A DNA stretch of 45,737 nt from the NCBI GenBank assembly GCA_048884785.1, contig JBHLQM010000016.1, positions 8,613-54,349 on the forward strand, read 5' to 3'. This document shows, piece after piece, positions 1 to 9,144 of the stretch (its first letter is position 1; the number at the start of each line of letters is the position of its first letter). The translations under genes were made by a program, and so were the position numbers. The stretch is from Candidatus Thorarchaeota archaeon. GTDB taxonomy: Archaea > Asgardarchaeota > Thorarchaeia > Thorarchaeales > Thorarchaeaceae. The notes beneath the pieces are model-generated. The model was not told the DNA's origin. It saw only the letters and a program-made list of their open reading frames with translations, and did no database searches.

Positions 1-512
1 ACTACAACCACATCACCAGGGGAAATTGGTGAGCGTTCTGCCACACAACGAACAACACAGGCAGCAGGTTCTGAAAGCGCTGCTTCCTCCAAGGTAAGAG
101 ATTGAGGTATCTTATGCAGAATATACTCGGGCACGACAAGATACTTCGCAAATCCACCATTTGCTAGAGATACCCCCAGTATCTTCTTCTTTTCAGTTGT
201 GCATCTGTTGAAATGACCAGTCTTGCACTGGTAGCATTGTCCACAATATTGGGTTGCCGGGGAAGATACTCTATCCCCAATCTTGATATTTCGAATTTCA
301 TCTCCAAGCTCAACTACAGTGCCTGCATATTCATGCCCCATAACCACAGGAGGTGTATAGAATGAATGATTCTGACGGATATGCATATCCGTGCCACAGA
401 GACCTGCAGCTGCCACTTCTATCAGTGCTTCTCCTTTGCCCGGAGTTGGAGGCTCGACATCGCGAAGCTCGATATTACCAACGCCCCGGGCCAACTTGAT
501 TAATGCTTTCAA
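1..512 (-). CDS. Zn-dependent alcohol/sugar dehydrogenase (MDR family), 3' end outside window
   Basis: Not in the ORF track. Manual translation from TTG at 510-512 gives MKALIKLARGVGNIELRDVEPPTPGKGEALIEVAAAGLCGTDMH...MGHEYAG...CGQCYQCKTGHFNRC...EPAAC, with the catalytic Zn motifs (CGTD, GHE) and structural Zn cysteines. Confidence 0.9.
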   Translation of the reverse strand, partial: MKALIKLARGVGNIELRDVEPPTPGKGEALIEVAAAGLCGTDMHIRQNHSFYTPPVVMGHEYAGTVVELGDEIRNIKIGDRVSSPATQYCGQCYQCKTGHFNRCTTEKKKILGVSLANGGFAKYLVVPEYILHKIPQSLTLEEAALSEPAACVVRCVAERSPISPGDVVV

Positions 513-578
513 TGGGAAGACCTCTACTTCGAAGACATGTTGAGGTGTTATAGAATGTTATGGAGTGTATACGAAATA

Positions 579-851
579 TCAATCAGATGACAAAAAGTCA
601 GAAGGTTCTTCCCCTTCATCAAGAGGGAGCACTCTGAAACCAGTGCCTTGTTCATTTCGCAGGCGAGATGCCATATGCGCGCCTGCAAACTTCTTCCGTA
701 CATGTGACTCGCGGCCTTTCCACAGGATGATGTTCTTATTCGAATCATCAATGATACAATAGACGCCATTGGAAGACAGGGTTTCTCTGGTAACCTCTAT
801 CTCTTGGGAGGTGCCATCCTCACTTATTTCGTAAGCGTTTGCCATTCCCAT
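579..851 (-). CDS. Single-domain gelsolin-like protein (Asgard 1DGel/ProGel type)
   Basis: Gelsolin repeat pattern: LSSNGVYCIIDD..IILWKGRES..RKKFAGA..ASRLRNE..LDEGEEPSDF. Confidence 0.85.
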   Translation of the reverse strand: MGMANAYEISEDGTSQEIEVTRETLSSNGVYCIIDDSNKNIILWKGRESHVRKKFAGAHMASRLRNEQGTGFRVLPLDEGEEPSDFLSSD

Positions 852-916
852 TTCCTTCCATTATTGATTAAAGGACTTACAGAAAAGTCTCTATAATTCG
901 TGAGTAATACATTATT

Positions 917-1276
917 CTAGACAGTTTCGAATCGTGCTTTTACAGTTCCGCCACAATAATTACATCTAGCCTCCAATGGTCCAATCCAATCAATGCCCTC
1001 ATGTGAGAGAGCTGCACCACAAGAAGGGCACCTCTCAGGCAATCTTACAGTTTTGATCTCCGTTCCATCAGTTCTACGACGGCCTTGATAGCCTTCCGGA
1101 ATTACAAAGGTGGGTGGTTCAATCACAAATCCTCCTCTCCTCGATGTGCCTTGCTGACACGACTTCACGATCACAACCACAATTACAATGAAGACAATAA
1201 CAGGCACAAGAAAGAATAGAAGAAAGAATGACCCAAAGAGAGATCCAAAAATATCAAAGAAATCGAATAGCTGCAA
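917..1276 (-). CDS. Membrane-anchored zinc-ribbon protein
   Basis: Long N-terminal hydrophobic segment; C-terminal CPSCG...CNYCG. Confidence 0.7.
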   Translation of the reverse strand: MQLFDFFDIFGSLFGSFFLLFFLVPVIVFIVIVVVIVKSCQQGTSRRGGFVIEPPTFVIPEGYQGRRRTDGTEIKTVRLPERCPSCGAALSHEGIDWIGPLEARCNYCGGTVKARFETV

Positions 1277-1435
1277 CTACCATTCTCCTCGAAACTCGTT
1301 CGTTTTCTCAAACTAAGGTGACCCTTAGCGCTTATTACCTTTACCTGAAATTTAAAGAAAGTTGTGCGTTCGTAACAAATAAATGCTAAGCAAGCACCTT
1401 CTCGTTAGCACTTCCATAAGGAGGAAGAAAAAACA

Positions 1436-1795
1436 ATGCAAATTCCATCATTCCTGTTGAAGAAGCTGTATGTGAAGGGAAGTCTAGAAAACGTCGATGA
1501 CGGATTTCAGTTCAAACTGAAGAATTCACTCTCCCCTGGGACAGCCATTGGAATGGACCCATTCAAAATCAATGACACCGAATATCCCCTTGATGTGACA
1601 ACTATCACATCTGGCGATGAGGTCGTTAATGCCGCTGATATCGTAGGTGGGGCCTCGTTTCCAATAAAGGTTGGCGTTGACATTATAATTCACATCAAGG
1701 GAGCTCAGCTTCCGGAAGGCGAACACAAAATCGCTGTGTCACTCACGACCAAAGAAGTAGGCAAGCTAGCATTCGATGTTAGTGATGCTTTGTAA
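1436..1795 (+). CDS. Conserved small beta-sandwich protein of unknown function (IPSFLLKKLYVKGSL family)
   Basis: Strong SD (AAGGAGG) upstream; typical codon usage; hairpin downstream; the N-terminal motif resembles a conserved archaeal hypothetical family (recalled, not searched). Confidence 0.7.
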   Translation: MQIPSFLLKKLYVKGSLENVDDGFQFKLKNSLSPGTAIGMDPFKINDTEYPLDVTTITSGDEVVNAADIVGGASFPIKVGVDIIIHIKGAQLPEGEHKIAVSLTTKEVGKLAFDVSDAL

Positions 1796-1803
1796 GAAAA
1801 GGA

Positions 1804-1830
1804 GTGCAAGGGGTCATCGGCCCTTTGCAC
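1804..1830 (+). terminator. GC-rich hairpin downstream of 1436-1795
   Basis: GTGCAAGGGGTC-ATC-GGCCCTTTGCAC: 12-bp stem with 2 GU pairs, followed by T-rich sequence. Confidence 0.55.
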
Positions 1831-1980
1831 AATCAATTTTGTGTGTTTGATGGTCAGGATATTATACATTCGGAGTTACGGGGCATATCAAAATCACAGA
1901 TTATATTATCGATACCTAATTCCTCATTTTTTGCGATTTCATCGCCGGAATAGTTTTGAGCATTCAAGATACCTCAAAAT

Positions 1981-2892
1981 ATGGTGGTTCGTGTGTACGT
2001 AAAGATTAGGAGAGACGGTGCACTTGGAATTGGCCGCGGAACCGAAGGGTTGCAGGAAATCACAATCGGGTACGGCGAGGCACACATGGTTGCCGCAGCC
2101 TTGGACAAACTTGCCCAGACTGCAAGAAGCTACAGACAGACTTACAAGAAAACAACTGGCAAGGATAAGATCGATTTTGAGAGATCTGATGATGGCTCAA
2201 TAGCAATTATTGGCGATGGTCAGAGATATGTTTGTACTGAAGAAGAGATTAGGGTTCTTTCAGAGATGCTCAAACACCTGCCTCCAGTTGAAGTTGCCCC
2301 ACCTTCGGATTATGTACAAAAAATGAAACCTGAACAGGGAGTTTGCCTAGTTCTGAAGAGTGCTGGTAAGGCGATTCCTCTAAAGCTCCATGAAGCGGCT
2401 CTTCTCAGGACAGCTGTTCAGTCAAGTGTTGATAGTCGGTACTACATGCAGAAAATCACAATCGGTGGAAACACCCTTACACTCCACAGAAGTAGCGATT
2501 TGAAGTGGAGCGTTCAATCAGCCGGAGAAGAGGTTAAGTTTACGGCATACGAGGTAGAGGCGCTTATTGGGGGCCTCCACAATGGAGTCTTGGATGTACT
2601 GATGGATTTGGTCAAGTCCTTTGGCAGTGACAAGCTTTCTGACATTAGAGTGAAGAGCCAGATTCAGCATGTGGAACAGGAAGCTACTGTCCTCTTTGAA
2701 GAAGACAAGGCTGGAAAACTAATAGTTCGCAATATTATGAAATCTACAAGGAAAATCATAGGCATTGGAGAGGATGCGGAGTCAAGAACCGAGGAGTTCA
2801 TCGCACTATGTAATTATGTTTTTGGAGAAGTGAATCCTGTACATCACCAGAAACTCTTCAAACTGTTCTCCGCGGTATTTGTCCTCGGATGA
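1981..2892 (+). CDS. Hypothetical protein with apparent repeated beta-beta-beta-alpha modules and a helical C-terminus
   Basis: 303-aa ORF with protein-like composition; no recognisable enzyme motif. Confidence 0.75.
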   Translation: MVVRVYVKIRRDGALGIGRGTEGLQEITIGYGEAHMVAAALDKLAQTARSYRQTYKKTTGKDKIDFERSDDGSIAIIGDGQRYVCTEEEIRVLSEMLKHLPPVEVAPPSDYVQKMKPEQGVCLVLKSAGKAIPLKLHEAALLRTAVQSSVDSRYYMQKITIGGNTLTLHRSSDLKWSVQSAGEEVKFTAYEVEALIGGLHNGVLDVLMDLVKSFGSDKLSDIRVKSQIQHVEQEATVLFEEDKAGKLIVRNIMKSTRKIIGIGEDAESRTEEFIALCNYVFGEVNPVHHQKLFKLFSAVFVLG

Positions 2893-2912
2893 CGGGTCGA
2901 GCAGACCTGAAT

Positions 2913-4385
2913 TTAGAACTCCAAAGTCGGAGCCATCACTGCAGTTGACCATGGGTATCTTTCAAGGATTCTTTGCATCAGGCGATTCACTTTCAATTCT
3001 TCAGAGGTCCCTGAGTATGCTAGGAGAATCACTAGGCCTCCCCGAGTGCGTTTGATCTTTTGGTACATTGTCTTGCTGGTGTTGATAGTGTCGCAGATTA
3101 CCATAACCTCAGCCTGAGGGATATCAAGATCTCGCTCACCAACAGGCGAGAGAACAAGGACGGAAATGTCTGCGTCCTCTCTAAATCTCTGCAAAATCCT
3201 TCCTTTGTCCCGCACCTGTCCGGTGACCGTTAGGACTGAAAGACCTGCCTTTTCAAGCGCCTCCTGTATCTGGTTGACCATTTCCAGATATGAGGTTAAA
3301 ACCAATGTTTTCTTGTGTTTCTTGGCTATTTGAAGGACGCGCGATGTCTTTGCCGATGTTTCAGGGAGAATTCGTCTGAGCTCTGCAACATTAAAGAACT
3401 TCTTGACGTGTTTTCCATAGAACATCTTGATGAATTGCTTTGGGGGCATTGCATACACATACTTGCGAAGCATGAGAAAGCTGGAATATCTAGCTTTGAG
3501 TTCATCTGAAACAGGAAGTCGTTCAAGGAGTAAGTGAATCCTTCTCGTATCTCCCTCAATAAGTTCAAGATTATCACCTGATTGCAGCTCCGATGCAATC
3601 TCACTACGCGCGTTGCGAATTAACTCATCCAAGACTATTGAGATTGATTTTATTCTTTGGTCGAACACCGTGCTCATGGTAAGAAATGTAGGCTCCAAAT
3701 AGTCTTCAATATCAGTGCTATACAGGTCCTCCATTGATATGAGCAATGTATCGGGGATGTGCTTCTGAAGAGTCTGGAGCTCTTTCCTTATATCCAGTTG
3801 TTCTTTTGTAAACACTGCATGGTCGTCCCGTAGTGTACCACTCATTCCGATGAGCCATTTCTTTCGGAATAGCATAAGAAGAGTCGGCCATGGAAAGATA
3901 AGATTCGTTGACCCGCTAGAACGACGTACAAGAGTATCGACTTCGTTGATGAGCACTGCATCAAATGAATCAAAAAGACTTGCATCTTTTCGAGCCATGG
4001 ATGCAAGGACCTGTGGTGTGGCCACTACTACCCTCTTCTCTTTCAAGATGTAGGGTCGCCGGCCGGATGGCACTCTTGACGAAATCTCGCCAAGCTCGCT
4101 TTCTAGACCTCCATATTCACCTCGCAGATAGTCAACGGTTTCAGCCAATGAAGATGAGGAATGAACCACTATTATGAATCGTTTATTTGGAAACCTGGCA
4201 GTGACAATCTGATGTGTTAAGTAGCGCTTTCCAAGTCCACAATCCAGCTCGATTAGTAGATTTGTATTCGGTTTTGAACTGACCTCATCGAGAATGTATG
4301 TTTGATATCCCCGAGGGGTATATGTTTGAGGCTTTTTTGACATCGCATCAGCTCGTTGTTCTGACTGGTTATGAATCCATATCAT
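2913..4385 (-). CDS. SF2 (Hef/FANCM-like) helicase with degenerate motifs and no nuclease domain; start may be 4343
   Basis: Q-like PRGYQ; motif I LDCGLGKR; Ib VATPQV; II INEVD; III GMSGT; V SPVGERDLDIP; VI YQKIKRTRG. Confidence 0.8.
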   Translation of the reverse strand: MIWIHNQSEQRADAMSKKPQTYTPRGYQTYILDEVSSKPNTNLLIELDCGLGKRYLTHQIVTARFPNKRFIIVVHSSSSLAETVDYLRGEYGGLESELGEISSRVPSGRRPYILKEKRVVVATPQVLASMARKDASLFDSFDAVLINEVDTLVRRSSGSTNLIFPWPTLLMLFRKKWLIGMSGTLRDDHAVFTKEQLDIRKELQTLQKHIPDTLLISMEDLYSTDIEDYLEPTFLTMSTVFDQRIKSISIVLDELIRNARSEIASELQSGDNLELIEGDTRRIHLLLERLPVSDELKARYSSFLMLRKYVYAMPPKQFIKMFYGKHVKKFFNVAELRRILPETSAKTSRVLQIAKKHKKTLVLTSYLEMVNQIQEALEKAGLSVLTVTGQVRDKGRILQRFREDADISVLVLSPVGERDLDIPQAEVMVICDTINTSKTMYQKIKRTRGGLVILLAYSGTSEELKVNRLMQRILERYPWSTAVMAPTLEF

Positions 4386-4797
4386 ATTTTATTCAGAGGA
4401 TCATCTTCTTCCTCGAGTACGTCCATCCTCGTCTTCCGATTCTTGCTTCTTTCGTCAAGCATCATCCGATGAGTTTCTTTATACTCTAAACGGTGGATCG
4501 CGCTAGTGCTTCCATTCTGGGTTCAAGTCAGAGGATTACATCACCAGATACAAGAAGTTACTCGAGGAAGTAAAAGCTTCAGTTCTTATGAAAATAGCGG
4601 AACGTGGCAATATATATGAAAAGGCATTTACGTTGCTGAATAGACATCAGGTCATGCTCACTGTGACAATTGCTGATGCATTCTCAGGGTTATGAGATCG
4701 TTTGTTTACCGAAGTGGTTGCCATGTATGCGTCTAGTTACAGATAATGCAGAAAGATAGAAATTGGAGGATAGCAACCGAATAAGGGAGGTTTTTAA

Positions 4798-5823
4798 TTG
4801 TCTTCTGAGAGGGTTTCTGGGTATGCAGCAAAAGGACAGGGAAAACCGCTGGAGCCATTCACTTACACAACACCCAAATTGGGAGAGTATGATGTGAGGG
4901 TTTCAGTTACACACTGCGGTTTGTGCCATACCGACATCCACGCCATTGACAATTACTATGGAATAACCACCTATCCCTTTGTCCCTGGTCATGAGATTGT
5001 TGGTCACGTTTCAGCTATAGGTCAAGAGGTATCTGACCTGAAGGTAGGAGATAGGGTCGGAGTCGGTTGGCTGGGCCGTTCTTGCATGAAATGTGAATGG
5101 TGCTTGCAGGGTGAAGAGCAGCTCTGCATGGACATTGTTCAATCAGGAACTTGGGTCCCCTATGGCGGATTTTCGTCCTCTATAATAGCGGATAGTCGTT
5201 TTACCTACCCATTGCCTGAATCAATGCCTTCCGAGGTGGCTGCAGTACTCATGTGCGCGGGGATTACAGTCTTTTCTCCACTCCGTTTTTACGCAACGCG
5301 AGAGCAGCAAAAAATTGGCATCATCGGTGTAGGAGGTTTAGGCCATATCGCACTACAATTCGCACGTGCCCTAGATTATGAGGTCACTGCAATTTCCTCA
5401 TCTCTGGAGAAGAAGAAGGAGGCGCTTGCCTTCGGTGCAGACCACTTCATTGTTTCGAATAATAACGATAGTCTGCGGCAGGCTGCATTCAGTTTTGACT
5501 ATTTATTATGCACTGCCAGCGACAAGATCAACTGGGAGATGCTGTTGAACACTCTTAAGAAAAATGGGCGGTTAATCCTTGTTGGTTTCCCAGATGTGGA
5601 GTTTAATTCTACGGACCTGGTAGCACACCAACTATCGATCACAGGTTCCTTTTTGGGCAATCGGGCAACAATGCCTGAAATGCTCTCGTTCGCTCAAGAG
5701 CATGGCATCGTGCCCAAGGTGGAGTTGATGCCCATGACAGAGGTTAACAATGCCATTCGGAAAGTGAAGGAGAACAAGGCTCGATACAGAATCGTTCTAG
5801 TCAACAACACTACTAAGATGTAA
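4798..5823 (+). CDS. NAD(P)-dependent alcohol dehydrogenase / aldehyde reductase (CAD/Ahr-like)
   Basis: CHTD, GHE, CMKCEWC...C, MCAGIT, GVGGLG and C-terminal RYRIVL; SD GGAGG before the TTG start. Confidence 0.93.
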   Translation: MSSERVSGYAAKGQGKPLEPFTYTTPKLGEYDVRVSVTHCGLCHTDIHAIDNYYGITTYPFVPGHEIVGHVSAIGQEVSDLKVGDRVGVGWLGRSCMKCEWCLQGEEQLCMDIVQSGTWVPYGGFSSSIIADSRFTYPLPESMPSEVAAVLMCAGITVFSPLRFYATREQQKIGIIGVGGLGHIALQFARALDYEVTAISSSLEKKKEALAFGADHFIVSNNNDSLRQAAFSFDYLLCTASDKINWEMLLNTLKKNGRLILVGFPDVEFNSTDLVAHQLSITGSFLGNRATMPEMLSFAQEHGIVPKVELMPMTEVNNAIRKVKENKARYRIVLVNNTTKM

Positions 5824-5948
5824 TATGAAGTTCATGACGGTATAAAGAACCTAAGTCCTGCGGATGCTGCTGACAAACGTCGTGAGCAAGGTAGAACACT
5901 GGAGTTTCTCACTGTTCCCTCACAATTGCAAGATTCAAGTGTTTCACA

Positions 5949-6344
5949 TCAAAACTGCTTGAATACTTTCGCCAGGGAGGGCCCCTTTACATGCACTCTG
6001 AATTCGGTGAAGAATCCATACGGTACAATGTGCACGACATAGCCACGGTCCTTCAGTTTCCTGAATACTTCTTCAATTAGCGCCTCGGCAAATTTGGAAT
6101 CCGATTTACTGTCCCCCAAGTGTGCAAAGGGGTGCAGGATTATTGATACAATTTCATTCTTGTTTGCTATCCAACGGATATTCTTCACCAGCTTTCTCAG
6201 GACGCCAATTCTATCAACTTCATCTTCTGCTTCAGAATGGATCCAAACAAGAATTGACTCTCCAAATGACTCACCCCTCTCGCTGGGATCATCTTCATTC
6301 ACTCTATACCAGAAATCTGCAACATGGAACATAAGAAGCCTCAT
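5949..6344 (-). CDS. Free-standing archaeal threonyl-tRNA synthetase editing-domain protein
   Basis: MRLLMFH..FWY; EAEDE; IILHPFAHL; PYGFF..F.VHVKGPSLA match the archaeal ThrRS editing domain. Confidence 0.85.
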   Translation of the reverse strand: MRLLMFHVADFWYRVNEDDPSERGESFGESILVWIHSEAEDEVDRIGVLRKLVKNIRWIANKNEIVSIILHPFAHLGDSKSDSKFAEALIEEVFRKLKDRGYVVHIVPYGFFTEFRVHVKGPSLAKVFKQF

Positions 6345-6374
6345 TCATTAACGCCTCTTGCAGGAGGAGTGAAT

Positions 6375-7205
6375 CTAAAATCGTTCACCATTCTCAGGGG
6401 TATACCCTTCCTCATCGGTCGTTTCCGTATCAGTAGGCTTGCGGGGGATTGCTTTTCCATGCACCCATATTGTATTGGGTGGAATTACTTCGTCTTTTGG
6501 AACAACTGTATTTGCACCAACAATAACATTGTCTCCAATATCAGCTCCTGGAAGTACGACTGCATTAGCACCTATAGTGACATTGTTACCCAGCTTCACA
6601 GTCTTCAGATACAGCCTGTTACTTTCATAGACATGACCACTTAAAATTGCATCATAGCCAAACTTGCAGTTCTCTCCCATGATGGTTCTCTCAGGATTAA
6701 AGAGCCGCCCATTGCCAACTATCGTACCAGCACCTATTTTTGCTCCAAAGAGCTGATGTCTCGGCTTTGTGTCAAGAAAGACTGTAAAGAACCATGTAAA
6801 GTGGGGCAGCATGATGTAGTATATCTCTGTATACTCGTAGATAATCATCATATCCTTGTCGTAATATCCGTCCTCAAGATGGGGCATTCCCTTATGGAAG
6901 ATCTTGAACATAGCAACAAGAAATGCCAGGAAAACACTGTAGCATATGAAGAAAATGGGAATGATGAGAATAATAAACCAGAACTTGTCGATAAAGAACG
7001 TGGGAAAGAGAGAACCAAAATTAACTGAAACCCAATTGACAATGCTGGAGAATGGCCAACCTAATCCCACTACGAATGGATCAATACTCTCCATAAAAAA
7101 CAGCAGAAGAACAATCGCAGGTATCGCCGCCAGACTTAGGCTAGTTAAAATGGAGAATACCATGTAAATGGAATATGCTACCAGCTTTGTATTCATAATG
7201 AACAC
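6375..7205 (-). CDS. Membrane-bound hexapeptide-repeat (LbH) acyltransferase-like protein
   Basis: Two to three N-terminal TM segments, then FGAKIGAG, VKLGNNVTIGANAVVLPGADIGDNVIVGANTVVPK. Confidence 0.85.
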   Translation of the reverse strand: MFIMNTKLVAYSIYMVFSILTSLSLAAIPAIVLLLFFMESIDPFVVGLGWPFSSIVNWVSVNFGSLFPTFFIDKFWFIILIIPIFFICYSVFLAFLVAMFKIFHKGMPHLEDGYYDKDMMIIYEYTEIYYIMLPHFTWFFTVFLDTKPRHQLFGAKIGAGTIVGNGRLFNPERTIMGENCKFGYDAILSGHVYESNRLYLKTVKLGNNVTIGANAVVLPGADIGDNVIVGANTVVPKDEVIPPNTIWVHGKAIPRKPTDTETTDEEGYTPENGERF

Positions 7206-7336
7206 ACCGTTTTAATCTTAGACAAAAGAGAATGTGCTCTTCAATTTGAAACTATCTAAATGACAGAGTATTCCCTAGAGAAACAGATATAGAGGATACG
7301 TTGACCGAATTTGCGAGCACAACATGAGCTGACCAG

Positions 7337-8584
7337 GTGTCGACTATGAACAACGATGCAGATATTGTAATTGCAGGTACAGGGCCAGCTGGCCTTATGA
7401 CGGCAGAGCAAGCCGCTGCTAGAGGGCTCAAGACCATTGTACTTGAGAAGAGAGCGAAAGTGACTGACAGTCTAATGGGAGAGCTAGTCACAGATAAAGC
7501 ATTGAGATTCCTTCGAATAAAACGAGATTCGGAATATGTAGGCAACAAGTACACACGAATTATTGGCGAAAGCCTCGACACTGGTGCCAACATTGTTGTG
7601 GATAGAACCCATCTTGGTAACTCCTATCTCCTTGATGAGGACAATTGTCAAGAATTGATGAGAAACCGTGCTCTCTCCGATGGCGCAGAGTTCCGCTACA
7701 AATCCAGGGTTTCATCAGTCATCAAGGACGGAAAGCAAGTCGTTGGTGTGAAATACAATAGTGATCAAGAAGTCAGGGCATCACTCACCGTTGGTGCAGA
7801 TGGCTCTTTCAGCAGGATTTCTGAAACTGCCGGATTCACTCATCCAAAATGGCTCCTATCATACGGATACAGGTTTAAGCTCGAAAAGTGTAAAGACGTT
7901 GATCCAAATACGGCGTATTTCTACGTTGGAAAAGACGTTGGTCTTGGATATCTATGGCTGTACCCCCGGTCAGAGAGTGAGGTCAATCTGGGAATAGGCC
8001 GAGTCCCATCGTCAAAATTCAACTGGGAGAAACTTCCGCCAATGCGAGATGTCCTTCATAAGTATATGAAGACTCATCCGGAAACTCAGAATGCGCGAAT
8101 AGCATCTGTCAATGGGGGTGTGGTCCCTTGTGCTGGACTAATACCACGGTTTACTGATGCTGGTGTTTCCCTCTGTGGAAACGCCGCCGGTCAGGTATCC
8201 TCAATAGTTGGCGGCGGCGTCACAACATGTTTTCATGCGGGTATACTACTAGCAAAGCATGCTAAGCGAATGGCCGACGAGGGGGACTATTCAGCCAAGA
8301 GTGTGTACAAGTATGAGAAAGAGTATAGGGGCACCAAACTCGCGAGCAACATCACTAATACAGGCAAGGGAATGTGGGCTGTATCAAAGTACGCCATGCA
8401 TAATGACCCTATAGCTGCAGCAGAGATTGTTCTAGGCGGAAAACTGGATGCTGAAACTCTCAACGCACTCATTCAGGGACATGCAGGAGTCAGCACATAC
8501 ATGAACCTCATCTCGGGTTTTCTCCCGATGGTCATGAAGATTGGGATTGGTTATATGAAAGCGGTTGCTGTTAGTGGATTGTAG
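7337..8584 (+). CDS. Geranylgeranyl reductase family FAD-dependent oxidoreductase
   Basis: IAGTGPAG Rossmann motif; GADG; GYLWLYP (YxWxFP-like); GNAAGQV..GGG. Confidence 0.9.
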   Translation: MSTMNNDADIVIAGTGPAGLMTAEQAAARGLKTIVLEKRAKVTDSLMGELVTDKALRFLRIKRDSEYVGNKYTRIIGESLDTGANIVVDRTHLGNSYLLDEDNCQELMRNRALSDGAEFRYKSRVSSVIKDGKQVVGVKYNSDQEVRASLTVGADGSFSRISETAGFTHPKWLLSYGYRFKLEKCKDVDPNTAYFYVGKDVGLGYLWLYPRSESEVNLGIGRVPSSKFNWEKLPPMRDVLHKYMKTHPETQNARIASVNGGVVPCAGLIPRFTDAGVSLCGNAAGQVSSIVGGGVTTCFHAGILLAKHAKRMADEGDYSAKSVYKYEKEYRGTKLASNITNTGKGMWAVSKYAMHNDPIAAAEIVLGGKLDAETLNALIQGHAGVSTYMNLISGFLPMVMKIGIGYMKAVAVSGL

Positions 8585-8633
8585 AGTCTTCAAAAAAAGG
8601 AGTGGGGTGTCGAGGAGAGAGTAAAAAGAGTGC

Positions 8634-8665
8634 GAAGCAGGGTCTCACCCCCATGACCCTGCTTC
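8634..8665. other. Perfect 11-bp hairpin (element A)
   Basis: GAAGCAGGGTC-TCACCCCCAT-GACCCTGCTTC; followed by pyrimidine/T tracts on the minus strand. Confidence 0.6.
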
Positions 8666-8925
8666 TGGTTCTGTTCCCAGTTCTGAACATGCCCGCTAGC
8701 AATCCCGTTCAGTCGTTAGTTTTAACGTCTTTACGGAATTTCCTAACATCCAACTCGGACAGATAGAATGTGTCACGGCCCATTATTAAATGTATAGAGA
8801 TTCAATAGATATGAAGCTATCAAGAATGAATAGCGGCTCGGAAATTCGATTTTTGAAGGACTGTTTCTGAAAAAGGAATGATGGGACCAGAGATGGAACT
8901 TAATCGCATAAATAAAGAAAACCTC

Positions 8926-8965
8926 ACAGAAGGGGGGAGAGAAAGGTCCCCCCCGCTCCATCTGT
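8926..8965. other. G/C-run hairpin (element B)
   Basis: ACAGA-A-GGGGGGA..TCCCCCC..TCTGT; followed by a T-rich tract on the minus strand. Confidence 0.45.
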
Positions 8966-9144
8966 CAGTTTTCGAAGCATGCCAACTTGTGTCCTAGGTC
9001 AAGCATCACACAGAGGATTGCCTGTGATACACATGATATATAGAATCAAAAGAGATTAAAAAGGAGTAAGGTTTTCAATATTTATACAGCTAGCTTCAGC
9101 TACTATCAAATGAATTGGCTGTAAATTAGTCGGGATGCTAGTAC

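Noticed and set aside
4386-4797. Intergenic stretch with a 12-bp inverted repeat (CTTCCTCGAGTA at ~4408 / TACTCGAGGAAG at ~4559) and short open frames; possible MITE or gene remnant
   Set aside because: No target-site duplication, no second copy in the window and no recognisable protein motif.
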